Assembly: GCA_001949185.1 (NCBI GenBank)
Contig: BDGG01000010.1
Coordinates: forward strand, 535,337-599,336
Length of the DNA stretch: 64,000 nt
Direction of reading: 5' to 3'
Source: Ramazzottius varieornatus
Lineage: Eukaryota > Animalia > Tardigrada
Shown here one piece after another: positions 24,653-40,263 of this stretch (its first letter is position 1; each line of letters begins with the position of its first letter). The position numbers and the translations under genes were made by a program. The notes under the pieces were generated by a model that worked only from the letters and a program-made list of their open reading frames with translations, ran no database searches and had not been told where the DNA came from.

Positions 24653-25947
24653 CTACGAAGCCTTCGCAGTTGGAGTTGCGTTGGCCGGTGGGGACTTGAC
24701 GAAGGTCGGAGTGGTCTCCAGTGGATGGCCGCGGAAGTTGTTGAGCATGGTCGCAGCGCCACTGAAGTCCGTTAGGGTGTCGAAGGCTTTGTGGGGTAGG
24801 ATACTGAAAACAAGAACACGGTGGAATCAACAGAAAGTCCCTCAACAGGAGCTCTTACTTTTTGAGTCGAACTGCCACATTAGCGATGAAAGGCTTGTAG
24901 ACAGTATGCTCATTCATCAGAACAGCCTCTACAATATCGTGCGCTAGTTGCTCAGAGTCCAACGTGGAAATCAGCTTGGGGAACCTGTACGACATCAGCG
25001 AATTAAAAGTGGTACTTTGGTGGTTGTTCGCGGATGTCTGTTACCGATATTCGGCACCTTCGAATAAACCCGTTCTGACAAGACCAGGACAAACCAGCGT
25101 CATGTGAATGCCGGTTCTCCGCAGCGCCCTCAGTTCCATCTCCATCGACTCATGCAGTCCAACGGCGGCGAACTTGCTCGAGATGTACTCCGAAGCTTGA
25201 CCACCGGCTCCCTTACCCACAACGCTCGCTACTGTCACGATGTGACCGTGGTTGACTTCCATCATGTACGGGAGGAAGGCTTTCAAGGTCTACAAAGACA
25301 AATGACCATTGAAAATTGTACATAGTAGTCTTGGCAGCGGCTGATATACTGTATGACATGTTATGTCATGTAATAACTAATTACATGTTGTACACAGTGT
25401 CATACTGCAGCATGGTGCCCATATGGATGAGCTATCAATCAAGTGAGAGATGCGCCACTTTTTTATCTCATTTCAGTCTTACCCAAAAATGAGCGAACGC
25501 ATTCGTTCTGAAAACTTTCAGGATATCTTCGTCCGGTAGTTCCAGCAGATACTTCGCCCGAACGATCCCCGCATTGTTGACCAAGATGTTCACCTCCCCG
25601 ACTTCAGCTTGGACCAGCGCAGCACAACGGTAGACGTCATCCTTATCGGAGACATCGCAGACGTACGCGTGAACGGTGGCGCGGCACAACACCAACGATT
25701 CACGCGCATCTTCCAGCCAAGTCTCGTTGATATCCCACAGCACCACAATACAGCCTTGTTGAGCAAACTTATGAGCCAAAGCACGACCGATTCCGTGGCC
25801 GGCACCAGTGACCAAAACGATTTGTTTGGAAATGTTCTTCTTAGTGCGAAAACGCTTGGGGATAAAAGCCAGGCAGACAGCTCCGATCACGTAGAGGACG
25901 ATGGAGAAGAATGTCCAGATGAGCTGTGGCAAGAGAGCAGCAGCCAT
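24653..25947 (-). CDS. Short-chain dehydrogenase/reductase SDR16C family (RDHE2/17beta-HSD11-like)
   Basis: N-terminal TM; TGAGHGIG, CDVS, NNAG, GHIVTVAS, catalytic YISSK; 4 exons. Confidence 0.92.
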
Positions 25948-26378
25948 GGTGGAGGAGTACTGCAAGAGACGAAAGCGTAAGTATAGCGGGAAGAAGTGAG
26001 CGAACGAGGAATGTCTTGCGGAAATTTCTTCAAGCAAATGAACAGTTTTTGGATTTTGCACGCCACTGTAAGATCAGCTGATTAGGACACAATACAAAGC
26101 AAATGGGTGGGGCCGAACTCTAGAATTTTCTCAGTGTTGTCACAGTAAACTCGTTCTCTCACGGTTGTGCCACCGCTAAACCTCATATGTTTTATGACGT
26201 CAATTTTGCGAACGGGTCAATGGTTGATTCAGACGCAGTGCATTATCTTGGTCGACTAACCCAGCCAGTCGCGGTCTCCGTTAGAAAGCTGTTTTCTCGA
26301 AGAACATTTCTTAGGAGATTCCTCGCCATCGTTTCTTTCGTTTCAGGTGATCAATATCGCGGAAGCGAGCAGCGAAGG

Positions 26379-29300
26379 ATGGCGCACCATTCTTCTCACG
26401 AAGTGATGCAGCTGGTCGGAAGCGTGAGCGATTTATCGGACGTATGGGAAACACTTGGCTTCCAAACAGCTCCGAAGGCGTCTTCTGCTCTACCAGACTA
26501 TTCCAGTGAGTACGAACAGTGTCACCAGTAAAGCTGAATTACATAACGATGACATCGTTGCAGGAAAACCAGAAGAAAGAGTAGCGGAAGGTTCGGAAAT
26601 CGACGAGGTGGCTTCGAACTCCACCGATGATTCCGCTGAAGAGCATCGTCGTTTATGGACCAAGCACGTGTTGGCAGACATTTCCTGCGACGGGAAGTTC
26701 CTCATCCTCGCCTCACAGAAAGACATCTTAATCCTCACAGCCAAATGGAACAACGAAAGACTAGTCTTCACGAAACTATGGGACGGCATGCTGTCTGATG
26801 TTTCGGAGACGTCCTCCGAGCAGCTGACATTCTGCTTGGCTCTGCCACTTCGTTCGAAGCGAAGCAGCTCCGACGGTATGCCTGACTGGACCTGCATCGT
26901 CTATGGCTTCAAGAGCGGCTATGTGGCGTTTCACACTGATGCGGGATATTCCGTCCATCGGCAGCAGTTCGAAGTGAGCGCCGTGGTCAAGATCAAGCTT
27001 CGTTCTTCCCCCGCGTCGAGTCCTTCGGGTGATTTCATGGAGCACCAGCAAGAGTTGGTGATACTCTATGAGAACGGTATCGTTGTCATCATCAATGGCA
27101 CCATCTTGTACACGTCGCTTCAGGTACAGAATCGTGCAGTACTTTTCTAGCAGTTTTTCAGTTCAGAAGCCTGAATATCGAATCCGCCCACTTTTCAAGC
27201 ACCTACATACCTGCTTGTCCCACCCTGTACGGGGTTTCATGTATGCAGGTGCGCTAAGAGTCGCGCAGTCGTCCATCGACGTCTCGTTCATTCTGCCTTT
27301 ATAGCAACCCTTTTTGGCTTTTCCAGTCTTTCAAGCAGAATGCAGCCACAGCTGTGTCGAAGGGCTCCACAGAAGACGACCAAGTAGAACTACAAACCAT
27401 CCCCCACGAAAAGTATCAATGCTCCGCGAAGAAGTCCGTCTTCGATGTGATATCGCTGGGAAGTGCCCGCATTAGCGTTTTCGACCAGCTGCTCAACGCT
27501 TCGACTCTCGGAGGAGAAGATGCGACGGTGAAAGGACCTCAGCCGACCTTCCGGCGCTTTCTCGTGGCCGGAAGTCGGCCACTTTGCGGCAGCTACTTCA
27601 TCATCGAAGGGGAGAGCTCTCTCGCGCTCGGACAAGTAGCCAAAGATGTCGCGAGTAAAGTCACTACAGCGCTCACCACACGAATAACCGCCACAGCAAA
27701 CAGGTAAGCACCCCAGAACCAAGGGCAAAAAGGGAGCATCAGGCCTGTGCAAAACAAACTACGACAAGTGACGCACGTTTCTAGCTAAAGACACCGAAGA
27801 CGTGCGCCACTGGCGCAAAACGATCAGGTTGAGTTGCTTTCCCATGTGGTGCACGATACCTGGAAATAACGCTACAAACTTGCGCACCTTTGGAAATCAG
27901 TCTTGCGGGTTTCTTTAACGTGCTTCATACCAACTACTCAATAATATCTCTCACGATGTTTGTGGTGCGTTCTTTAGGTTCGGTTTGGCCGGTTTCCTAG
28001 AAAGAAATATCCCTTCAGCCATTACGGCCATGAAGGACGCCGAGAAGCGTTTCAAGACTATGCCGAAGAGCCCGACATACGTGGAAGCTCGTTATAGCTT
28101 CTTCGATCCCCGCAGGATCGCCACGGCAATCTCGGTGTCGGCCAGTGGACGCAGTGCAGCTCTGACCGATAACTTCGGGCGAGTGCTACTGCTGGACTGC
28201 GCTTCTGGTTTGGTCGTCCGCATGTGGAAGGGATATCGGTCGGCGGAAGTGGCCTGGATGACGCTGGTGGACAATCGAGCTAAAAGTCCTTCCTCAAGTC
28301 CCAAGTAAGTTTTCAGGTTGCAAACTGGGTGGGAAGTTGATTTGAGCTCCTTTGCTTCTCTTGTTCCAGGATATCCGTCGAATGTATCATCATCTACGCA
28401 CCACGTCGCCACCTTCTCGAAGTATGGACTGCCACGTCCGGCAAGCGTCTTGTAGCTGTCCGCGTCGAGCAGGGTCTTCGCCTACTGCCGCTCGGAGCCG
28501 ACCTCCTACCCTTTCCTGCCGCAGGAGACAGTGGCCGAGCGCACCAGTGCTTCTTTCTGGACCTGACTGGTCGTTTGTACACCCTGAACATCCCGTTCTA
28601 CCTGACCGAAGAGGAAGCCGAGGCGACTGACAGCCACAACGCTCAGTTGCTGCAGGGAGTGAAGGAATGGCTGGTGTATCCGGACGCCAGGCGACGCGCT
28701 AGCCCAGCCGGAAATCGAGGTAAAGAGAAAACTCTCAGTTTGTGAAGTGAATGAATGGTTGGATGGTATTTTTAGGTGGCTGGTTTTTTTTGATGGTTTT
28801 GAATGATAGTTTTTTAGGTGGCTCGAGCCGGAGTAAGGACCTGAAAGAACTGATAGGTCAGATGACGAACATCGAGAGTAAGAATCAAGCGGTGCAGATG
28901 GTCGTGGCGTCGCAGAGTGATGAAAGGATCACAACGGGACATTTGCAAGAAATTATACAACTGGAAATAAGGTGGAAAAATTCTATAAAACATGTCTTGG
29001 ATTACGGATAGAATCGCACCGATCTGGATGAAGAATGGAAATTATTCCATTGCTACTGTACCAAACAGAACATATCCGGAAGAGTTTTGAGAAACTTGGC
29101 GCAAAATCAACTCATGCCCGGTTATTCTTAACATTTTCAGGAATTTGAAAGACGGAGAGAAGGCTTCGTCTATCGTCCGTTCATGGAAAGATCTCTCATC
29201 CATCCTGTCCTTCTACTCCACCCTCCAGCACAACCTGAACAACCCTTCTTCGGAAGAGGAAGACGACGACACCCTGTCCATGGTCGTCAGTTCCGCCCTG

Positions 29301-32300
29301 TCCGAATCCGACGTCTCAGCGCTGCTGCCTCTCGTCAGCGCTGTCTCCGCTGCCAGCAACATCTCACCCACCCTTCTCGACCTCAACTTGGACTGGAGAA
29401 CCTTTTTGAGCATGCTGGAAGTCGTTCGGGTCGAACAGGCTTCCGTCGAAGACTTCAGCGAGAAAGATGCGGTAGATGGAGTCGACAACAGGGAAAGCTT
29501 ACTGTTTCGATTGAATGGTGGGGAGAAATCGAGCAGCGATGAGGAGAAGAAACTGATGTTAGATTTTGGGGTGTTGCTTTTCGCACCGTATTTCCAGAAG
29601 AAGATTAGTTACAAAGAAATGGTTGAGTTTGTGGAAAGGTTACAAAGGAAAGAAGTGATTGGGTTGCTGCTGACTGTGTGGTTGGAAAGAAACATCGATG
29701 TTGATGGTAAAAGTCACTTCCGGCTTCCCAAAAATATTCAAATGGGAGTTGGGCAAACAAACTCCATCAGATCGCTCTTTCCTGATGAGGCAAACTTCCA
29801 GCCAAAATCACCAACAACGTGCGCCACTTCGGCAAACGATCTGATTAAGTTTGTTTGCAGAACTCCCAAATGAATTTTGAACAATTTGTTGTTTGAACTT
29901 TCGTTGATCACAGAGGAATTTGATCCTTTTTGTACCTGACAAGAGTACGGGATGTTGCTTACGTCACCATCATTTTTACCAATATTCTACAGGTTGTTCG
30001 ACAGAGGGTATAGCGAGGCTCGATCGCCTCATGCACGAACTGCTAAGGAACATGGAACCCGAAGACCTGCAAGAGTATCGGTCGGTGTTGGAGCACAGCA
30101 CAGTCATTCCAGCAGCTTTAACGGCATGCCTGGCTTTCCTGTCGACGGGCTTCCACCGAACTCTGGCCACCGACGAGGAAGAATGGGAACAGATCTGCAA
30201 AGAAAAGCTCGAGTGGAACAGGCTCTCCAACCGCCTCGAAACCCTCCTTTCCCTCCAGGTACGATATGATAAAACTCTTCTCCACACAAAAAAGCATAAG
30301 AAATTTGCTAGGCAAATCCAGGGAAGACGGGGTGAACAGGCGACCAGATCCCAAGTGGCGCAGGCTTCCCGCTTATTTCACCGAAGAAGTGCGCCATTTA
30401 GGAAAACTTTTTGGGCCAGCTCGTTTGTCGGCCAAACATATCCGCCGAGCACGGCCTTGATAGCAGCACCCCTCAGTGTTGGGTCCGTGCTCAGCAGTAG
30501 TTCTTAGTCAATGAGAATGTGGTGCTAACTTAAGTTGCCAACCATGCGGGTTTCGGGTTTTAGGTGTTTCTTGTGAAGTTTCTGACGTCAGGCAAGTCCT
30601 TCGCTGACGCGACACCTGTTTCTGTCCAAGACTTTCAGCGTCGTGGGACCTCAGCCGCTGCCGAGTACTTAGCCTCATGGATGGCCAAAGGGTTCGTGGA
30701 TATTCCACCAGCAGCCATCATGACGGCCTTTCACACCTCGTCGGAAGTGGAGATCCGGTTAAGTTCGACAGAGGAAGAGGAGAAAGACGACAGACCGTTG
30801 AAGTTCTTGACCATCCCTGAGATTTCCATGGACAGCAAGGAAGTTACTGAAGCATTACAGGTCCTCAAAGCCCTCTTTCCGAAGAGCTTGACAGCGGATG
30901 TCCTGCTGGCGAACTGCTGTCTGGAGCTGGTGGTCCTGTGGAACAAGAACCCGGAAGATACAACGTTATTGAACTTGGGGCTGTTGTACCTGAAAGACGT
31001 TGTCCGGAGCCAAGTCACCCACGGTTAGCAACTTAGGGTACATTTGAGTGCTCGACAAACAGAATCCATCAAAATCGTTTTCCCAAGTGGCGCACGCTTC
31101 TGGCTATATCACTGTAAGCGTGCGGCACTTGGACAAACTCACCCAGAGCCGTTTTCCAAGTGGCGCATGCTTCCAGGCGTTCCAGCCACTGTCATCCAAG
31201 GTGTGCGCCACTTGAAACTTTTGTCAGTCTAGTTTGCTTGCCTAGCTCTCGTATATTCATGTATCGCGTTTTCGTGAAAGTCAATCTTGATTTTTCTTTG
31301 TAGGTGTTGGTTTGATGATATGGCGGACTTTTCTGGCCGAACGGACTTCCGCCATCGCTACGTTAATGGAGAAAGTGGGGAAAGCCCCGAAAGAACGACT
31401 TTTCGCTCGGGATGTCCACATGTCTGACACAGCAGTCATCGCTTTCCTAGATTCGACTCACCAGTTGCTCAATCTCGTGGCCGATGTAAGTCTAACATTC
31501 CAGCCCACTCAGTCGGTATGTATTATAAATGGAAGTTGTTTCGTAGGCTGATTATAATCGTCAAGAGAAGCCCATCTTCGAGACCGAGGACCTATGGTAC
31601 AACGAAGCAGCTGCAGCGACCGGGAAGAAGTCGGTGGTGGAGCTGGCCGTGATGCAGGCAGCTTCCAACGCACCTTTGGTCCGCCATCACGTCATCCTGC
31701 TGACCATCTTGCATGCGATCATGCACTTTGGTCTGAAGTGCGTCAAGCCACTCTCGCTGTTCGACTTCAAAGCTAGAGAAGCTTTCTTTCAAGACTTTAC
31801 GCTCCACCCAGTCTTGTCGATACTGGATATCGACCAGGCAACAATCAGAGCTCGGCACCAGGTACCTTGAAAATATCACAGAAGACCCGAGAAACATTCG
31901 TCTTTTTGTTTATCTGTCGACAGTAATGATAGCTTTCGATCAATCAAAGAATTGAGGCGAAGGCAATCGAATTTACCCAGATCGTCTTCCCAAGTAGCGC
32001 ACGCTCTCGGTAAATAACGATGTAAGCATGCGCCACTTGGGAGCTTGACAAGATTGTTTTTCCCAGGTGGCGCACGCTTTCAGCCGATGGCAATGAAAAT
32101 GTGCGCACCTGATATATCGATCTGGGTAAACTCATTTGTCAATGCCACCGTCCCGAATTTTTGTTTTATCGACCTTGAATATTTCTGAAATCGATTCTTC
32201 CGTTTTGTAGTTCTTGGGGAAAGTGATTGCTGCTATCGTGAAGCATGCAGCAGAGCATTGTGAGCACCCCAACGTCACATGGGTGGAAAGGATCGAGGAA

Positions 32301-32772
32301 GTCGCGGCCTACTGGGAAGTTGCCGGTGACGAAGTCCGGACGCTGTACGTCGTTGAGCTCTATTCGAACGGTCTCGACGAGCTAGGTTCTGAGGCCTACA
32401 AGACCGTGACGGATAAGCAGCCGCTGCTCTGCCTCTTACTAACTCTTGCTGGACAACGTTTGGCCGGGCTGACATCCAACGCGCAGTCTCAGACGTCGTT
32501 CGCCAGAAACTTTTCGACGATGTCTCCCACGTTGGGCGCTTGGGTTCGCTCTGTGGTATGTTTCAGCAACCTTTGGGTCTTCCTTCTTTGATCTGAGTTA
32601 ACGTGGTGTTTTATTGTAGGACGCGAATGCACTGGCCAGTCAGGAGATCGACTGGGAGCAGTGTTACCTCTTGGTGAGGAATATCAGTCATGATCTGAAC
32701 AGGAATACGGCCCAGTATAAACTATGTGGGGAAGTGATAGAATGGATCCAGTCCTATGTTCTGACCAGGTGA
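26379..32772 (+). CDS. RAB3GAP2: Rab3 GTPase-activating protein non-catalytic subunit
   Basis: DWTCIVYGFKSGYVAF; LTDNFGRVLLLD..GLVVRMWKGYRSAEVAW; IYAPRRHLLEVW; DVLLANCCLE..V.WNK; LMEKVGKAPKERL; KPLSLFD..R.AFFQDF. About 14 exons. Confidence 0.93.
27745..27896. repeat. GTGGCGCAC-N25 palindromic element, doublet (RAB3GAP2 intron)
   Basis: Units begin 27768 and 27846, both with 25-bp spacers. Confidence 0.7.
29730..29878. repeat. GTGGCGCAC-N25 element with long outer inverted arms (RAB3GAP2 intron)
   Basis: Outer arms TGGGAGTTGGGCAAACAAACTCCATCAGATCG / CGATCTGATTAAGTTTGTTTGCAGAACTCCCA; inner unit with degenerate left half-site, spacer 29794-29818. Confidence 0.7.
30349..30404. repeat. GTGGCGCAC-N25 element, single unit (RAB3GAP2 intron)
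   Basis: GTGGCGCAG 30355, spacer 30364-30388, GTGCGCCAT. Confidence 0.75.
31043..31230. repeat. GTGGCGCAC element, doublet (RAB3GAP2 intron)
   Basis: Units at 31087 (24-bp spacer) and 31160 (34-bp spacer, consistent with 25 plus a 9-bp local duplication). Confidence 0.75.
31962..32140. repeat. GTGGCGCAC-N25 element, doublet with outer arms (RAB3GAP2 intron)
   Basis: Units at 31994 and 32067 (25-bp spacers); perfect 13-bp outer IR TTTACCCAGATCG / CGATCTGGGTAAA. Confidence 0.78.
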
Positions 32773-34325
32773 TAACATGCTCAATTCATTAGTTTATTCT
32801 TATCTAGATAGATTATCCAACATTTTGGAAGACTACGAGTTCGACGCTTGCTTGCTGTTTTTATTCTTCAGATTTTTGTTCGTCCTGGTGAACGTTTCTG
32901 CGACTTTCTTGCACGGCTTTTTTCAATATTAAACGATCAATACTTTTCATTCAGCAAAACGGAAAACTAAAGAAAGTGGTATGGTCATCTGATTATCGAA
33001 GAGAAGGAAACTGAAAACGTAAAAAATAATAATAATAAGTGTATTTTCAATCGTGGGAAGCCCATTTGAAATTTTTGCTTGGGCCAGAACGAAGCCTTGG
33101 TAGGCTAAAAAGGTATTCGGACCCTAAATGGGCACCCGGCTTCTCTGTAGCAAAGATTTAATCGAAAATTTATCCTCCACAATTCATATGAATGACAGGA
33201 TATCAAAAGATTGATATAACATCGATCTGTCTAACACTATATCTATCAGAGCTCTGAGAAATCGTTATAGTGACATATCATCGAGAAAGTTGCGCTGGCC
33301 TGAAAACTTCTGGAAAGATTTTTCCAAGGCAAAACAAGTTTCATCAAAAGATCTTCATGTTGAAAAATAGTCAAACTTTTACACTATCTGTTTCCTGCAA
33401 GCGTCGCCGGACAATCGGTGAACTGAAAAATATGGTCCATTTCAAATTTCGATCACTGCACAGCGCAAAGACTGCTTTTATGCGTTCTTACCCCTTCACT
33501 TGACAAATCCCTCCGCAACCCCGAGGCATCAGAACTGCTCAACTCTAAGGGATCAGATACTACGAACATGGGTCTATCCTTGACGAAAAAAGTACGCTTC
33601 TTCGTCAACAAGAAGGCTCGCGTTAGCGCTCTTTCGAAAGGGGAGGCAACACCGGGAAAACCGAAAATCAGCAGTTTTGGGTCAGTTCTTCCCGCGACGT
33701 TGATTCAATAACTTTTCATTTGACTTACCCAAATAAAACAACCTCTTTTACACATTAATTAATAGTACAGAAGTTGGTAGAACTATAGTTTCAGTTTGCC
33801 CGCCCCGGTTTATAACAAGTGTTTTGGATTCTTTTGCGGATTTACTTTGGAACTTTTTCCAGAGTCAGATTTCACTCGATTAGCTTTCGAGTTTGATTAA
33901 AACATAAGCAATAGTTTGCCAAATTTGTTGGGAAAACAAATCAGCTGAATCAAAGAAACCGAAGTTTTCCAAGGAAAGAAAAATTAATGGTCATGGGGTC
34001 AACTTGGCTGAATCAGACTGTACAATGGAACGAACTTGCGGACTACGAGATGTTGGCGAAGGCAGCTTCTTGTTTCTTCTCGGGCTTCGCGATGCCCGGT
34101 TGACCGGCGAAAAAGTGCTTTCGCAACATTACGGCTCCCAGGCAGGACAGAATCTGGAATGAATCCACGAGACACTTGAGTTCGGTCTTATCGAGAATAT
34201 TAAAGTTCTCAACCCGATAAGATGGTTCCGATTTTTCACGAAATTGGTAATTCTCGGGCGCACAAAACGGGTTTATCCTATCGTGAACCGACGTCCAAGT
34301 CGCAATGAACACCGCCGCCCTGCGT

Positions 34326-35529
34326 TTATGTTTGCGCCTTCATTCCAGCTTTGCACACCAATTCTCGCCGCATATACCATAACAAGAAAGTGGTAAAGTA
34401 CGCCAGTGGGTACGCACCCTTCGCCACTGTAAGTTGTCTGTAACGCAGCACGATTGTAAAGGCTAAACTTTGGTTCGGATGGACTACCCGAAAGAGCCTA
34501 GGTTCACCGAACGATCGCAACCATGCAAGGATCGGCTCGATCAGCATGAGAACAGCACACCCGCGATAGATGAAAAGCGAAGACTTTTCCGGTGGTGAGC
34601 TTTATTGCTGAAAATCCCTGCCGCTCTCGACGTACGGGAATGACTGCGTCCAGAGCTCCGTAAAGTATCAGGATCGACGACAAGAGAATTCCATAATACA
34701 TGACGAACACCCGGCGAACGTCTGCAGCAGCACTTTCATCCACAAAAACAAACGGGACATAGGCGAATACTTTGAGCCACATCACTTTTCAAAGTGGCGT
34801 ACATCTGCGGACAATGACAATGGAAACGAGCGCCAATTGAGGCAGCGATCTGGTTCAACTCATTTGCCCCCATCTCAAATTTCGTGGCGGCGTATGATGT
34901 AACGTCCACACCGAGTAAAGCAGTCAAGCCAGTATCCATATTATGACGACATCCGCCAATGTCGACTGCCTGAAGCATCTTACCCTCGTCGACGTCCCTA
35001 GTTTCTTACTATTATTTAGGTACGTTGAGCATCCGACCGGTCGCACAGGTGGGCAAGCTGAGTTGGCGTTCGATCAAGAGACACATTTCACCGTTGGAAC
35101 AGAAGGGTGGATAGCGAAGAAAGCCAGCAAGATAAATGATACCGTGCTGACCACTGTCCAGGACGCAGCGTTGTCCACTTCGTCTCGACTGGTGATCCGT
35201 GATAGAAAACAACTCAGATCAGCGTCATGCAGGATCCCAAGATGGCCCAATTGAGTAGCAGCAAGGCATCGGTCGAGTCGGAAGAGTCCAAGCTGAAAAT
35301 CTCGGAACCGAAAGCACGAGGGTAGATGCTCATCGTCGTGAAGAGAAAACCTACGACAGACAGGAATTTCGCACACACTCCATAGCCATGCAAACGGGAC
35401 GTCAGTTGGTGGTCTGGAACAAATGTCGAGTGGTCTACTTTTCACGTCCTTCTGACGAACCACAGCCATCTTGGGAACCATGGTTGGACAGTTGAAGTAG
35501 CTGAAGAAACATGCCAGCAACAGCATCAT
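34326..35529 (-). pseudogene. Decayed multi-pass membrane protein, weak resemblance to an ABCA transmembrane domain
   Basis: Hydrophobic segments scattered over frames with stops and frameshifts (ALLLLNWAILGSCMTL; TVSFILLAFFAI; YYGILLSSILILYGALDAVIP, cf. ABCA WY.EAV.PG). Confidence 0.3.
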
Positions 35530-35893
35530 AACACTTGCGCTTCCATCAACAGTAACCTTTTAGTCAAGGCGCCGTGGAATTCTTCTCTCTTAACGTAAAA
35601 TTCCACCGCCCGTAGCACACTCGCGACAGGTTGTAAAAGCCTTCAGTAGTGTACAGACCGAGACAAGATATCCCGATGACGAAGCGTGTTTGATTTGTGC
35701 TATCATTTGATTGGTCGACGACGTTCCCAACTTCCAAAAAGACTGACGACTGGAAAAATTGTCGAAGTTCGAACGCAAATCCGTTTTTATATTCTCCTCT
35801 CCTTCATCCGTTCCTGAGTATTAGTACTTCTCCCTCTGGTCGTGGTATCCCTAGTCATCTGAGTTCCTTGCTACGTGAACGCGCAACGATATT

Positions 35894-37971
<2,078 letters not shown>

Positions 37972-38164
37972 ACTCATCTTTCGAACATCTTTTTTCATAG
38001 TGCTTTTTTATTCAACAAAATTTTCTTTGCAGTGATTGCTTCCGGCTGTACAGCTTTGCTCGAAGCAATCTTTCGACCGTGTTTGTTCTTCATCACCACT
38101 TTTTCTATTCTATCACAGTAAAAGGCGGTCATGCCAACGAGAGTTTCGGAAAGAAGAGAGATAA

Positions 38165-40263
38165 TCAGGCTTCCACATCAGCAGCACATCGGAAACCTAA
38201 ATTCGAAGCGGCAGAGTCGAGGCCGTTTTGGCTGCGAGCTGCACAACGGTACCGGTAACAGTAGCTCTTGTGACAAAGAAACGAGCCACCTTTCTTCACT
38301 TTCTCCTCACCGCTCTTGGGTCCTTTGGGATTCTTGACGGGTTCTTTGGTCTTTTGGTGATGTACATTCCAGTAATCTGCGGTCCATTCCCATACGTTCC
38401 CGGTCTACGAAAAACCAGAGTCGTACAACACTTTCAGCACGATCGTTTTCATGTTTGCAGAATACTACCCTCCTCTTTGTGTATACAGGAATTTTATTGG
38501 CTGGTACCGTGTTGCGGAGGCTGGTCCAACCAATAGACAATTTTCGTAATTTCAAAATTCGGATAATTGGCAGGCCATGAGCCCCAAATCTCAAAAGGGA
38601 GAACTGGTCGTCTTGATTTTCTTCTGACCGCACTGATGAATACAAACTTTATCCCAGGCTCGGCTTCGATAGATAAGACTGTCCCCAGTGCTCCAGTTTT
38701 TTTTCTAAGGGAATACCGTGCACGTGTCTCGCGCGAAGAGACGAAACACCAAATTTCACCAAAACCACCCGAAACCGTAGAAAAGATTTCCAGCGTGCTG
38801 GGGTTTTGCTGACCGCTGGTCATTAGTGTTGCTTTGGTGAGAAGACTGAGGTACATGCAAACAAAAAGACCCAGTCCCGAAAGACCAAAAGCAAGAACTG
38901 GGAGGTGAATAAAACTGAGTGATTGTATACACAAAGAGGACGGTCGTACGCAGAGTGTTAAAACCGTAGAACAATTGAATGTTTTCACGTCAGTCGATTG
39001 GTTAAATTGATAGCTTAGTCACTGCGAAGCGCACTACTGGAATAATCAACATCATTACTTTTCGATGCTTTTCTTAAGACATCTGAGTTTTGTTCAAAAC
39101 TGATGTTGAAAACGATGCTTACCATTTGTTTCAGGCCGAACTTGTTGGGTGGAAGCGAGTCAACAGGTGCGGTCCATTTGAAGCCGTCCTCCCCAGTGTT
39201 ATTCAGTGGGAAGTCTCCCTGCCAGATATTGGCACCGTGTTGGCCGCCTTTGCGCAGGAGCTTGTTGCCCCAGGGGAAGAGCTGGTTCTCTGCGCCACCT
39301 CGGCATGCGAACTCCCATTCGGCCTCCGTCGGCAGCCGCTTCCCTTTCCATTTGCAGTAGGCTACGGCATCGTTCCACGAGACATGGACCACCGGATGGT
39401 CTTGGCGATCCCTGAGGTCGGACTCGGTGCCTTCTGGTGACTTCCATGAAGCAGTGGGTGTGTTGTACCACCAGGGCGCGGCGGCCACCGACTCTTTCAC
39501 CGGCTCCTGCTGGGCTTCTAAAAACAAACAACAGATATTTCTCTGCCCAGTTTCCTGAATTTAGAAGAGAATTTTCTACACACGCTGGAGAAAAAAAATG
39601 TTATGTAATCCTGAAAGCTGTTACACCTTGATTCGATCATAATGTACGACGAAATTTGAAAGGCTATTTTTGCGCTGACTCGCCCAAATGATTTAAACTG
39701 ACAGTTTTTCTACATTACTGATGCGGAACCGTCAGCGTACCTGTCATCTGTCCGAAAAACACAAACGAATTTCCGTATTTTTCCGAGTCAGTTTTATATC
39801 CGGTATCTTCCACAAACTGCGCGAAATCAGCGTTGGGCACTTCCGTTTCATCCATGTAAAACTGGTCAACGATAACTGGACGAGCTGGTCCTTCGCCATC
39901 GGCTGGAAAGTGTGGGTCGTCAGTGCCCATGGTAAACTTGCCACCGGGAATCAACTTCATTCCTCTGATAACATCCTCCTTATCTTTTGCGGCTTCCGGC
40001 TGGGATAACTTATCATTAAGTCCTGACTCATCGGACACGATGGATTCATCGTCTTCCAGGCTGGCTTGCTTCGCGTGAGGATGCGGATTGGAAGCCGGAA
40101 GATCACGCTTCAGCGCGTTTGAGCCACAGCCGCATCCTGCTTTACCATCTTCGGCATCTTTCGCACTGCAGCTGTCTTCCAGAGATAGCGACTTCTCCGA
40201 GGCGGATGAACGAGATAAACAGAGGAAAGATAAGAGTAATAATATTCTGAAGGTGAAATTCAT
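38165..40263 (-). CDS. SUMF1: Formylglycine-generating enzyme (sulfatase-modifying factor 1)
   Basis: Signal peptide; CGC motif; exons 40263-39741, 39517-39123, 38404-38165: [62 protein letters not shown] (catalytic Cys pair intact). Confidence 0.97.
38429..38957. mobile_element. Non-autonomous piggyBac-like element (529 bp), copy 1, in SUMF1 intron
   Basis: Ends CACTTTCAGCACGATCGT / ACGGTCGTACGCAGAGTG; right flank TTAA, left flank ACAA; near-identical to 52023-52551. Confidence 0.85.

Noticed and set aside
33500-33665. Small hairpins (TTGACGAA/TTCGTCAA; CTTTCGAAAG) as a possible ncRNA
   Set aside because: Stems are short enough to arise by chance; no family motif.
38307-38988. ORFs of 81-176 aa duplicated at 52012-52618
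   Set aside because: They lie in or overlap the non-coding MITE copies; no transposase motifs; identity reflects the DNA duplication.
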